DNA of 64,000 nt, from the NCBI RefSeq assembly GCF_009914755.1, contig NC_060935.1; one strand, 5' to 3'. Shown here one piece after another: positions 1 through 11,760 of this stretch (position 1 is the stretch's first letter; every line of letters begins with the position of its first letter). The notes beneath the pieces were generated by a model that searched no databases, was not told the DNA's origin, and saw nothing but the letters and a program-made list of their open reading frames with translations. Both the position numbers and the translations under genes were made by a program. Source of the stretch: the human T2T-CHM13v2.0 reference genome, Homo sapiens.

Positions 1-549
1 CTCACGAGTCTGTTGGTTGTCTGGGCAGCCTTCCTGATTTGATCTGGGCTTGGCAGGACTCATCCATGTGCTTGTGTTCAGCTGAGGGTCAGCTAGGTGG
101 CCCTGCTGACCTTGACTGCATATGTGGGGCCTCAGCGGGGACAACTGGGCCAGCTTGGCTGCGCTCCATGTGTCTCATCCTCCAGCAGGCTGGTCCAGGA
201 GTGGTCCATAGTGGTTGCAGAGCTCCAAGGGAGAACAGAAGCAGCTCAGACCTGACACATGGCCACTTCTGCCTTGTTCTATTGGCAAAGGAAGCCACAA
301 GGCAGCTCAGTTTCAAGGATTTGGCAAAAGAGACTCCATCTCTAGCTTCAAGAGGTGTGGTGCTGGTTCAACTGAGAGCTGGCCCAGCCATGGGCATCCA
401 GACCATTCCCTGTGCCATCTTGAGCCCTCAGGTCCTGTGTCATCTCCCTGACTTTGTGTGGGGGCATCAAGAGCAATTTTGGTGAGAACTTGAACCCAGA
501 AACTGATGAACAATTGGCTCCACTTGCATGTGCCACTCCAATATCACTC

Positions 550-1090
550 CATGTGCACACTCACACTAACGTGTGCACACACACGTGTGCACACATTCAC
601 ACACGTATGCACACACACTCATTTGTACACACACATGCATACGTATGCACACATGCACATGGATGCACACAGACTTACACGCACGTGTGCACACTCACCC
701 ATAGGTGTTCTCACACACGTGTGTGCACTGGCACGTCTGTGCACAATCACTCACGTGTGCACACACCTTACTCTCACATGCATGTGCATGCACCCACATG
801 CGCATGTGCACACACACGTGTGCACACACTAACACACTCACACCTACACGTGCACACACATTCACACTCAATCCTCACATGCATTTACACACACGTGTAT
901 GTGCACACACATTCATGCCCACCCTCACACATTCACACACCATCACACACATCCACACACTCACACACTCACATCCACACACATTCACACACATCCACAC
1001 TCACATGCACACACATGTGTGCACATGCTCACACCCTCACACACACACACCCCTATGTTCACACACCCCTATGTTCACACACCCCTATGC
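550..1090. repeat. Degenerate (CA)n / alternating purine-pyrimidine low-complexity tract
   Basis: ~540 bp of cacacac/gtgtgcac/catgcac words; source of the His/Thr-rich ORFs 454..1518, 506..832 and 705..1133. Confidence 0.9.
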
Positions 1091-1533
1091 TCCTGCCATT
1101 GGGAAGCTGTGGGCTCCCTGGCCCCCAATCTAACATTAGACAAGTCCAATGGAAGAAAGCCAGTTGGCCTCTGATTACTCAGTTTCCCCCTCTCAGCGGC
1201 AGGGGGATGAAGGCTAGTTTGGATCCCCATCCCAGCTCTGATGCTAACTGGGGGACCCCAGCAGGCAACCTGCCTCTCTGGGCCTCGGTTTCCCCTTTTG
1301 TAGATTGTAGGAAGGTATCCAGATGCTCTCCCTGGGCCCTTGTGGCCTGGCGGCCGATGATTCCACGAGCGGCTTCCTCCTCTCCCTCAGTTGGGCCATA
1401 TGGACAGAGGCCTCTGAGCCAGGAGGGACCTGAGAATTTCCCAGAGGCGGCAGCTCGCAAGCAGAGTAGATTTCCAAGCCCCACGCGAATAGCAAGGATT
1501 TCACATGAATATGTGTGAACTCAGTAGAGTTGG

Positions 1534-1591
1534 CTGCGGGAGAACAGAGGCAGCCGGGAGCGAGCGGCAGCACAGCAGCGGTGGCAGCCCG
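1534..1591 (+). pseudogene. MS4A15: Candidate relic/alternative first exon of MS4A15
   Basis: GC-rich segment ending in CCG|GTGAGT. Reads LRENRGSRERAA-(1-nt shift)-TAAVAAR, which resembles my recollection (unverified) of the mouse Ms4a15 N-terminus. Confidence 0.45.
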
Positions 1592-1809
1592 GTGAGTACC
1601 CTCCGCCCTTCCAGGGGGGCAGTCAAGGCCGCCCAGCCCCGAGGTGTAGCAGGGGAACTGGCGCAGGAGCACCTGGGATCCCCGGGAAAGGAAAGAGATA
1701 GAGCTGCTCATCAGAGGAGGGTGCGGCCCTCCCTGTGCGTCTCATCCCCCACCTGGCACTAAGGGGCTGGACGGCTCCTGGGGCCCTCTGAACTCCTTGC
1801 CTCCCACAG

Positions 1810-1852
1810 ACAGAGAACCACCAGCCTAGAGCCCATGGGCCCCATTGCACAG
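1810..1852 (+). other. Candidate 43-nt internal exon
   Basis: Acceptor ctccttgcctcccacag| and consensus donor CAG|GTGAGT. Confidence 0.3.
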
Positions 1853-4751
1853 GTGAGTGGGGTAAAGGAGGGGCCTCTGTCTTCTCTCCTCAAAGCCAGT
1901 GGCTGAGATGACTCAGGCATCCGCTAGAGACCCTGGGGCCCTAACCATTCTCTCAGGGAAATGGAGTGTAGGTCCTCACTCCAACCCAGCCCCGGACTGG
2001 GCAGAAAGGTGATTCCTGCTGAGATGCAGGCACCTTGCAAGAAAAAGAGAAGGACCCGGCAGGGCTTCTTAGCTGGAAAGAAGCCGAGGGGCAAATTGTT
2101 TCACCTCTCATTTATAGATGAAGAAACGGAAGCCCAGTGCAGGAAAGGGGCTGTCCCTGCACCTGGCCCTTAGTGACGATGGAGAGCACAGTGGCGTAGA
2201 GCAGAACCCTGCCAAGGGGCCAAGCTTGGGGAGTGGGAAGGGAGGGGAGGCCTGCGTCCACCATGGTGTGTTTGCATCTGTTGGCATCCTTTCTAGGCCA
2301 GTGGGGCAGGTCTAGGCTGTCCTGGAAGGGCTAAGATTGGAGGAACCCGGGTCCAGCCTCCCAGCTCTGGCATCCAGATAGATGCCGTGGGGTCAGACTT
2401 AGACAGAAGGGGTGAATTCCTACCTGATCCACAAAGTGGTGGGGCCACAGCGACCAATGGGCAAAGTAGATGGAGCATCCTCAGGAGCCTGGAGCACCCA
2501 CCACCCTCACAGCCACCCATCTGGCAGATGGGGAAACTGAGGCCCAGAGAGCCTAAGCAACTTGCCCAAAGTCATGCAGCTGGTTAAGCTCATTGAATAG
2601 TAGGGTGGATTCTTACCAAGCTGATCCCAAGGCCTATTAGCTTAACCACTAAGCAAAACTGCCTCCTCTCAGATGTGCAGATGTGCAGGGCCTCCCCACC
2701 CAGATGTGCGCTTATAAATTTTGTCCAAGACACCCTCTCTTCCAGCTGGTAATGCCCCATTCCAGGCAGCAGCTGCAGCCCATGAACAAAGCTGCTTTTG
2801 GCTCTTCGTGTATAAAGGTGATAAACATGCTCACAAGACAAGTCCTGGCTGCTCAGGGCAGCTCAGCCTAGGACTCTGGGGCAGCCTGTCACTGAATGTC
2901 CTGAGCTCAGTTTCCTCATCTGCAAAATGGGAATACTAATAGTACCAACCTCATAAGGTTTTTAAAATAATAGAAGCTAAAGGGCATGGCAATGGCATGC
3001 CTCCTGTGTACCAGGCACTGTGCTAGGCACGAGGTTGGGTATTAACTCTTTTAAAACTCACAGCAACCATAGAAGGCTGAAATTGGGGCAGTCCAGTGGC
3101 TTTTCTGACTGCACTCAGACAAGACAAACACCTGTGATCTAGTAATTAAAGTGTTCAATCTTGTGTTATGTCACGACTTGATTTGGGGCCCCTCGGTTCT
3201 CAGCCCGGGCACGTGGCAGGTGAGAAAGGGTGTGTGGTGGGCTTCCTCTCCCTTTTCCCACTGGATTTCCCTCCTCCTCCCCAGCCAGCCAGCTAACTGT
3301 GGCTTCTGCCCTCTCCAAGGCTGAATAATGGGGAAAGAGGGGAACGGGGTAGGAATGCGTACTTGTCTGATACTGTTGGAAGCTAGCGTCACCTCCCTGA
3401 GACTGGCAGAGGAAAAGCTGACTTCTCTGCAGGTGTTTTCATGGGTTCTACGGAGATGCCCCCGACACTTGGGATCTCTCTCCTGTGTCCCCCCCACAAA
3501 ATTCCTCCCTCAACTCAGGAGGAAACTGTCAGGTCCACTATGCAGGCTGTACATTGAAATGTCTCCCAGGAGTCACCTTAAAGCCAGCCTCTCTGCCTTA
3601 AGATAAAGAAGGACGCATCCCCCTCCCCCATATACAGTGCTCAGATGATTCTATAAGTTCTCTCCCAAAACCCACTCTCAATCCCCACTCCCTACCCCAT
3701 GGGGGAGGTGCGAAAGGCATCTAGCAGGTTCTCAGCCACCTGCTTTCCGCACGTCCCACTGAGCCATCTACAGCACAGCTCACTTCAGTACCTGATCTCA
3801 GCTGAAACCTCCCTTTAACATCTCTGATAAATACATCAGCCTTCAAGGCCCACAGCCTGTCCCATTCTCCCACACTGCTATTTCTAGTCTTTGGTTTACT
3901 GGTCTGCAAAATGGGCTGAATAACACTTACCTTACAGGGCTACTGGATGGTTCTGTGGTCTCATACAGGTGACGGCTCTTTATAAACTGTGAGAGGGCTG
4001 TGCATATGAGGGGCTGTTACTACCACTGCTCATTCATTGGGTGATGACATGCATTTTGGTGATGTCTAGGTATTTTATGTGTCTCTGCTACAGGCAGCTC
4101 TTCCTCTGGTGGGTATCTTGCAGATTCCTAGAGGCAGGGGACAGTGGCTTTTCCCTCTTCCACCTGTCCGTCCCTGACATGCATGCATTTGTGTTTTGGG
4201 CATGCTAACTGATTGGTTAGTAAGAAAAAGAGAGTCCTCCTTCTGGGTGGCACAGAGCCAGGGCATGGGCCAGGTAGCCTCTGGAATGTGGCGGATGGGT
4301 TAGTCCCTGGCCCCAGGGTTCAGAGGTGCTGGTGGTGGCTGCAGAGGGCTAGGAAGAGAGAGGAATTTGCAATCTCAGGAACTATGTGACACTTTCATGC
4401 TCACGATTTCACTTAACCTGCCTGTTGACAGGGAGCCTATTTTTGTAGGTGTTTTCTCCTGAGGATCACAAGGTCTCTATTTTCTCAAATTTCTCACCAC
4501 TTGCCCAGGAGAGATGTTGTTAATTACACATGTGCTCCCTTCTGGGGCTGCGCAGGCCCAGTCTGATCTGAAAGCCCACGAAGAGCCCAGCTGAACCACA
4601 TGGGGCTGGTCCTTCCCCACCCCAGAAGGTCCACAAACCTGCCACACACCACTGTGGATCTCAGATGCAGTGTTCACCTGTCCCTGGTGAAATGACAACT
4701 ATACGGGAAGAGTGGTGAGGGGCTCACCAAGTTAAAATTGTTAAATTTTAA

Positions 4752-5058
<307 letters not shown>

Positions 5059-5666
5059 TGTATCTTAAAATTATGTCCTTTCTTCTTCTTTGGTGTTAAA
5101 ATATCTTTTCTAGATGATGGTGAAAACATGGATGACTTTTTGCATGAACTTACTTGGGGAAGTAGAAAACTGGCAGACTCATTTGGTCCCAATTTGTTTC
5201 TCATTTGCTGATCTGTGAACAAGCATTTCAGAACTATTACTCCCAGGGGTGAAGTTCAAACATTTGTTCCTTCATCTGACAAAGCCAGGACTCAAACCCA
5301 AAAGTACTGGAATTCCATAACGTCAGCACTCTTCCTACTGAGAGATGGGAGTCTGGGTCCATTCCTGTTCTGCCGCTGAGGTGCTGTGCAACTGGAAGGA
5401 AAATACTCGTCCTCTCTGAACTTCTGTTTTCTTATCTCTAAATCACACGTAATAATCCATGCCTGCCTCTCCCTTAGAGTGAGATGCGGGCTGTAAATGT
5501 TCATTATTACATCTGAGGAAGGGAAAGACCGATGGGCGGGGTGGGTCCCCCCTCACCCCAAGTTCTTCATTATTCTGCCATGTGTTTCTCTTGTCCAGTG
5601 TTCATGGACTCCCAGCCAAGGCAATCTCTAGCAATGTCCTCAGAAACTGTAGAGTCTCCCCAGATA

Positions 5667-6062
5667 TGTCCATTTTGTGCTGCTATCACAGAATACCCAA
5701 GACTGGATAATTTATAAACTTCAGAAATGTATGCCTCACAGCTCTGGAGGCTGAGATGTCCAAGATCAAGGTGCCAGCAGATTTGGTGTCTGGTGAGAGC
5801 CCCATTCCTCACTTACTTCCGAGGTGGCGCTTTGTTGCGGCATCTTCCGTGGGGGACAAATGCTGTGTCTTCACATGATGGAAGGCATAAGGGCAAAAGG
5901 ACCTAAGCTAGTTCCCTCTCTGCCTTTTATAAGGCATGAGTCTACTAATAAGGCAGAGCCCTCATGACTTAACCATTTTCCAAAAGGCCCCACCTCCTAA
6001 TGCCATCACGATGGAGATTAAGTTTCAACATGAATTTTGGAGGGGACACATTCAAACCACAG
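5667..6062. mobile_element. MaLR LTR (MLT1/MST-like)
   Basis: tgctgctatcacagaatacccaagactgg...ctggaggctgag...caagatcaaggtgccagcag...ggggacacattcaaaccac. Confidence 0.75.
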
Positions 6063-7120
6063 AAGGTGGGGAAGAAGAAAGAGATTGAAGAAGAGAGAAA
6101 AAGGAAAGAGAAGGAGCGTGGGGCAAGGGAGATGGGGACAGCAGGGGAGCAGGCAGAGGACCCTTGTTTTGGGTCCACGTCCTCCCTGAAGACATCCCTG
6201 AGTTCCACAATCAGGAACCCTTCTCCCTCCCCCCACCGAGCCTCCTCTACCTTGCTAGTCTCTGAGAGCAGGACATCCAGCCTTAATTCATCGTTGCATT
6301 CCCAGTGCCTGAACTTGGTGCTCATAGTAAACACTTAACAATTGTTTGTTGGACTGAATTGCAAACTGCTCTTGCTCCTCCTACTAAACTCTAAGTCCTT
6401 TGAGGACATGGACTTTGTGTTTTACTCCTGTATGGATTCATTCTGGGAAAATATAACAATCAGGAGAAACTTAAGTTATGCTGCTATAACAAACAGCTGA
6501 GTGGCTTAACACAACAAAGGTTTATTTCTTCCTTCTGTTCTATGTCTCCTGGAGGCTCTGTTCACTCAGGGACCCAGATGGATAAGGCAGGCTCTGCCTG
6601 GAACACTGATAGTCACTGTGACAAAGGGAAAAAGAGCCCTGCAGAGTCACGTGCTGACACCTAAATGCTCCACCCAGAAGCTATGCGTTTACTTCCACTT
6701 GCATTGGTTTAACCAAAACAAGTCACGTGGCCATGCCAAACTTGAAGGCACCCAGAATGTAAGGGCTGGGAACAATAGGGAGATAACAGTTGTGTCTGGC
6801 ACTGGAGACAGCAATAGGGGGCACAGATGCAGACTCTGCGGATGGCCAAACTTGGACTTGAATCCCAGCTCAGCCATTTCATGATATATCACCTTGAGCA
6901 AGTCCTTGCACTGCCCTGAACCGAGGTTATCACAGCCGTAAAAAAAACTTTCAGGAATTATCAAAGGACCATTGTGAGGATAAGAAATAACTTATTTGAA
7001 GTGCCTAGGAAAGAGCAAGTCCTCAAAAAATGTTTATGATAAGCTCTTATTAACCTGGCACCAGTGCAGAAACAATGTGGGGCTCTATCACTGTTAATTG
7101 GTTTAGCAAGTTCCAGAGAG

Positions 7121-7500
<380 letters not shown>

Positions 7501-7886
7501 TCACAGCACCTCACCAATCTCCAAGGACTTTCTTACCATTTTCGACCCTCACAATAAACTGAGGCACAGTGAGCAGCCTTCAGTATCTTTATTTTTATTT
7601 TATGGAAATGTAGACTAGCTCAGTGCCATTTCACATTTTGCCCAAAATCACAGCAAATAATCAAGATAAACAACTAGGATAGGCAATATTTAGCAATGTC
7701 CTCAGAAACTATATAGTCTTTCCAAATACGTCCATTTTGTGCTGCTATAACAGAACACCTGAGACTGGGTAATTTATATAGAACAGAAATTTATGCCTCA
7801 CAGTTCTGGAGGCTGAGACATGCAAGTTGAAGCAATAGCTAAAATTTAATGAGTGTTTACTATGTGCCAGGCAGTGTTCTAAGAAT

Positions 7887-8724
7887 GGGGTTGGCAAATT
7901 ACAGCCCACAGATCAGACCTGGCTCACCATCTGTTTCTGTAAATAAGTTTTTGTTTTGTTTTGTTTGAGACAAGTTCTCACTCTGTCACTCAGGCTGCAG
8001 TGCAGGGGCGCAGTCTCAGGTCACTGCAGCCTTGACCTCCGGGGCTCAAGAGATCCTCCCACCTCAGCCTCACGAGCAGCTGCGACATGTGTGTGCCACC
8101 ACACCTGGCTATTTTTTTGTATTTTTTTTTGGTAGGGGTGAGGTTTCACCATGTTGCCCAGGCTGGTCTCAAACTCCTGAGCTCAACCAATCTGCCCACC
8201 TCAGCCTGCCAAAGTGCTGGGATTACAGACATGAGCCACTGCACCCAGGCATAAATAAAGTTTTATTGGAACACAGCCACACCCATTTGGGTATATATTG
8301 CCTATGTCTGCTTTGCACTACAATGGAAGAGTCACGTGTTTGCAATCGAAGTTATATGGGTCCCCAAAGCCCAAAATATTTACTATCTGATTCTCTCTTT
8401 TTTTTTTTTTTCTTTTGAGATGGAGTCGCGCTCTGTCACCCAGGCTGGAGCGCAGTGGCGCGATCTCGGCTTACTGCAAGCTCCGCCTCCCAGGTTCACA
8501 CCATTCTCCTGCCTCAGCCTCCCGAGACTACAGGCACCCGCCAACACGCCCGGCTAATTTTTTGTATTTTTAGTAGAGACAGGGTTTCACCATATTAGCC
8601 AGGATGGTCTCAATCTCCTGACCTTGTGATCCACCCGTCTTGGCCTCCCAAAGTGCTGGGATTACAGCCGTGAGCCGCCGTGCCCGGCCTACTATCTGAT
8701 TCTTGAAAAAAGTTTGCCAACCCT
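7887..8724. mobile_element. hAT MITE (MER58-like) interrupted by two antisense Alus (~7950-8250 AluJ-like; ~8397-8689 AluY-like)
   Basis: Inverted ends ggggttggcaaa...tttgccaaccct; second Alu has TSD tactatctgattct. Confidence 0.75.
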
Positions 8725-9720
8725 GCTCTGAGTAGTTGTCATGTCTACTAATAATCAGGTTAGTGTCAGATCCTGGAAATGAGAGACTCAGTGGAGACGG
8801 TGCTATTTGGGAAGTCACAGCACAATCCCTCTGGTGATCCACTCTGAGCATCACGTGTTGGTCACACCTCCTAGGCTGAAGGGAGCCATGTTAGTAAGCC
8901 CTTAAAAATGTCAAATGGCTTCCCCCACCCCTTAATGCCAGCAGATTCTTATCCTGTGTTTTCTCAGCCATCTCCTTGGAGGTGCCTCCAGTCACTGAAA
9001 ACCTTGCTCAAGAGCCTATGTGTCCTTTTCGCTCTATTTCTCTGCATAGGGTCCAACGCTGTCCCTTGCCCCCTTTGTTCACCAATATAGGTCAGACCTA
9101 TCACAAAATAAATGGCACAGAGGCTTCCTGAAGACACACATATTTTGAGCACAGAACAGTGAGGCTGAGCCCTTATCAGCCAAGAGCGCTTGCAGAACCA
9201 CAGAGAATCTGCTGCACAATCTGCAAGCTGGTGCTCTCCCGAGCATGCATAGTAGGTCTCAGAGCACTGGGAAGCAATGCACATCCACGGTCCATTGTAA
9301 GTCACTGGCTTAGATATGTTATATTTAACAAAACATCTCAGCCGCATCGTGTTATAACAAGTCACGTTGTAAGGGATGGATTTTATCAAGTTGGTGTGTG
9401 TTTCCCACCAAACTCTATGAGATTGGTATTATCCCTATTTCACAGGTAAGGAAACTGAGGCAGAGGGTGACCCTCTCGCTCCCGTGCCTCACAGTAACAA
9501 GAGGAGCCAGAATTCAAACCCTGGCTTCTATCTCAGACCCTTACACTGAACTGGTAAACTCCTCACACACCCATGCCAACAAGAAGGATGACTGTTTTCG
9601 ATCTCATTGTATAATCTGGCAGATTCAGCACTCTGTTGTTTCCTGGTAAGCTCATCTCCTGACACCTGGGTAATGGGTGTTTTTTCCCAAAGTGTTTGCC
9701 CAGGCCAGCCACACCTAAAG

Positions 9721-10141
9721 TGTTGGGGTACATGGCAACATATCCAAGCTTATGTACGTGGCATTTGAGGTCAGGGCATGGAAAAATACGGAGGCACTGT
9801 GTGTATGTTATTTGTGCATAAGAATGTAACTCCTTGGCCCTAAAAACAGGACAAGGAGTGAAGTGTGTCATAAGGAACGCTGAAAACAGCCTCCTAAGAA
9901 TGTGGTTTGAGAGCTTTTGCAAGGCCGCAGGTGTCTCATGACCCCACCTCAAAAAGCCATCTAGTGGATGTTTGTGGTTTAACAATCCCTTTCAATAAAT
10001 ACTTGGCGGACAGATGCTAGGGCAGGCTCTCACAAGGGCGGGCTCTCAGAAGAGCTGCCCCCACCCCCTCTCCCAGCCCCCTTCAGCTGAAATTGTCTAA
10101 GAACTCATTCTTGGCGTTCACTGCAAGCTATAAGCTCTGCA
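9721..10141 (+). promoter_or_regulatory. 5' LTR (421 bp), likely MS4A15 promoter
   Basis: tgttggggta...gctctgca; roughly 90% identical by eye to 15901-16304; AATAAATA at 9994; GC box at 10036. Confidence 0.9.
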
Positions 10142-10215
10142 AGTGGTGACCCCGACGTGATCGCCTTGAAGTTACGCTTGAAGGAGGAAAACTCATCAAT
10201 TTTCGGGGAATCCCG
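10025..10215 (+). other. MS4A15: Probable non-coding exon 1 of MS4A15 (LTR + PBS + leader; start approximate)
   Basis: Retroviral major splice donor CCG|GTAAGG at 10215/10216; no ATG in 10017-10215; position fits my recollection of a ~20-kb annotated gene span. Confidence 0.7.
10144..10161 (+). promoter_or_regulatory. Primer-binding site complementary to tRNA-Trp(CCA)
   Basis: TGGTGACCCCGACGTGAT, 2 nt after the LTR end; reverse complement of tRNA-Trp 3' end AUCACGUCGGGGUCACCA. Confidence 0.93.
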
Positions 10216-10284
10216 GTAAGGGACAGTCCTGACTCCCGTCAGGAGGATGGGACCCACGCGTAAAATATCAGGGGTTGGATTATC

Positions 10285-11760
10285 ATGGGTCAAGAAATGA
10301 CCAAAGAACAGAAAGTGTTTTTTAAAAACAGTGCGACAGCTACTTAAGGCTAACCAGTGCACTGCAGAGCCTGGAGCTCTACACAACGCTATGATCTTAA
10401 TTCGGCAGGAATGCCCTTGGTTTCCTGATCAAGGAACCTTAGACTTGAGTTATGGAGCAGGTAGGTCACTGCCTGAAAACAGGATGTGAGCAAGGTCATT
10501 TTACTGAGGTTATTGTTTTGACCACCTGGGCGCCGGTACACTCGGTGTTGTATCCTCTTTATCTGCCAGATTGCAGTGGGTCAGACCGCCCGTCTTTGCC
10601 TGAAGGGAATTCAGGAGGTTTAAAGGAGAAGGAAGAACAGGAGCCAACCAGGACAGCGGGAGGCGGGCGGGGGGTCCTCTCTCTACTTCATTCCCTTCTG
10701 TAGGGCATAAGGAGGATATTTTTTTCTAGTGATCATGAGGACGGACCGGAGCCTTTTCCTCCCCCTATAGAAAAGCCATTGCCCTCTTTTCCTCCACCCT
10801 TAAAGGGACCTGTATTCGTTGGCCCCGTTCAGGCAATGGCGCCTCCCATCCCCCTTGAGGAGTCTGGAGGCCGCCCAAGAGATGGTTCTTGGATAAGACC
10901 TCCAGTCAGTGAATATCTATATGATCGGGTGGCCGTGTCCTCAACGCCAACTCCTCGTCAAACTTTCTTAGTAGAGGGGTGCCTCCAAGAGGGACTTAGG
11001 AAGGGAGACTCTGAGGCGCTTTTTGGCGCATTCCCTGTTATTGTTCAAAGCAACAGGAGATGGCATGAGAGTTTGCCTTTTACTGTCTTTAAAGAGTTAA
11101 AGAAAAGTATCCGTGAAAACAGTGTACATTCACCGTTTACGAAGGAGGTGATTGAGGCTCTGGGAAATGGCTATAAGATGACTCCACATGATTGGAAAAC
11201 TTTGGTAAATGTTTTGGTTTCAGCTGCAGAATATACTGTGTGGTGGAGTGAGTACAGTGATTTAGCCATGCAGCAGTCCTTGCAAAATTTGGATAATAAT
11301 ATCCCGATACAACTTGATATGCTATTGGGAACAGGGCCTTTTGCTTCAGCTCAGACTCAGGGTCAAGCAGGTGGCCATCTATTTCCTCAATGCTCACAGC
11401 TAGCAATACAAACATAAAAAAAAAAAATCCCGTAAGACAATCCCAGGGTTCCTTTATAACAGTTAAACAAGGTGCCACAGAAACATACATTAAATTTATC
11501 AACCGACTGCAAGCTGCAATTGAAAAACAGGTATCCCATCCTAAGGCTACCAAACTTCTTATGTTACAATTGGCTTTTGAAAAAGCAAATAAGGATTGTC
11601 AGACAGCAATAACTCCAGTCTAAGCCACTGCCACTGAAATCAGTGTGTTTATTAAAGCATGCCAAAATATAGGCACTACAACTCATCTGACTCAAACTTT
11701 TGCTGCAATAATGACCGGAACCACATATTGTAATTGTGACCTAACCAGGCATATGGCAAA
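10285..11760 (+). pseudogene. gag: gag remnant (MA, CA, start of NC), frameshifted
   Basis: MGQEMTKEQKVF start; MA motif CPWFPDQGTLDL; CA in ORFs 10779..11417 (FKELKKSI, TPHDWKTL) and 11390..11623 (VKQGATETYIKFINRL, AFEKANKDC); degenerate knuckle YCNCDLTRH. Confidence 0.9.

Noticed and set aside
454-1518. 354-aa His/Thr-rich ORF, the longest in the window
   Set aside because: Translation of a (CA)-rich tract that lacks stops in all three + frames; no domain or exon structure
10144-10161. tRNA-Trp gene
   Set aside because: Only the 18-nt complement including CCA is present; no cloverleaf. It is a PBS
10779-11623. Functional Gag or domesticated capsid
   Set aside because: Frameshifts in MA and at an A-run near 11416; the listed ORFs start at non-ATG codons
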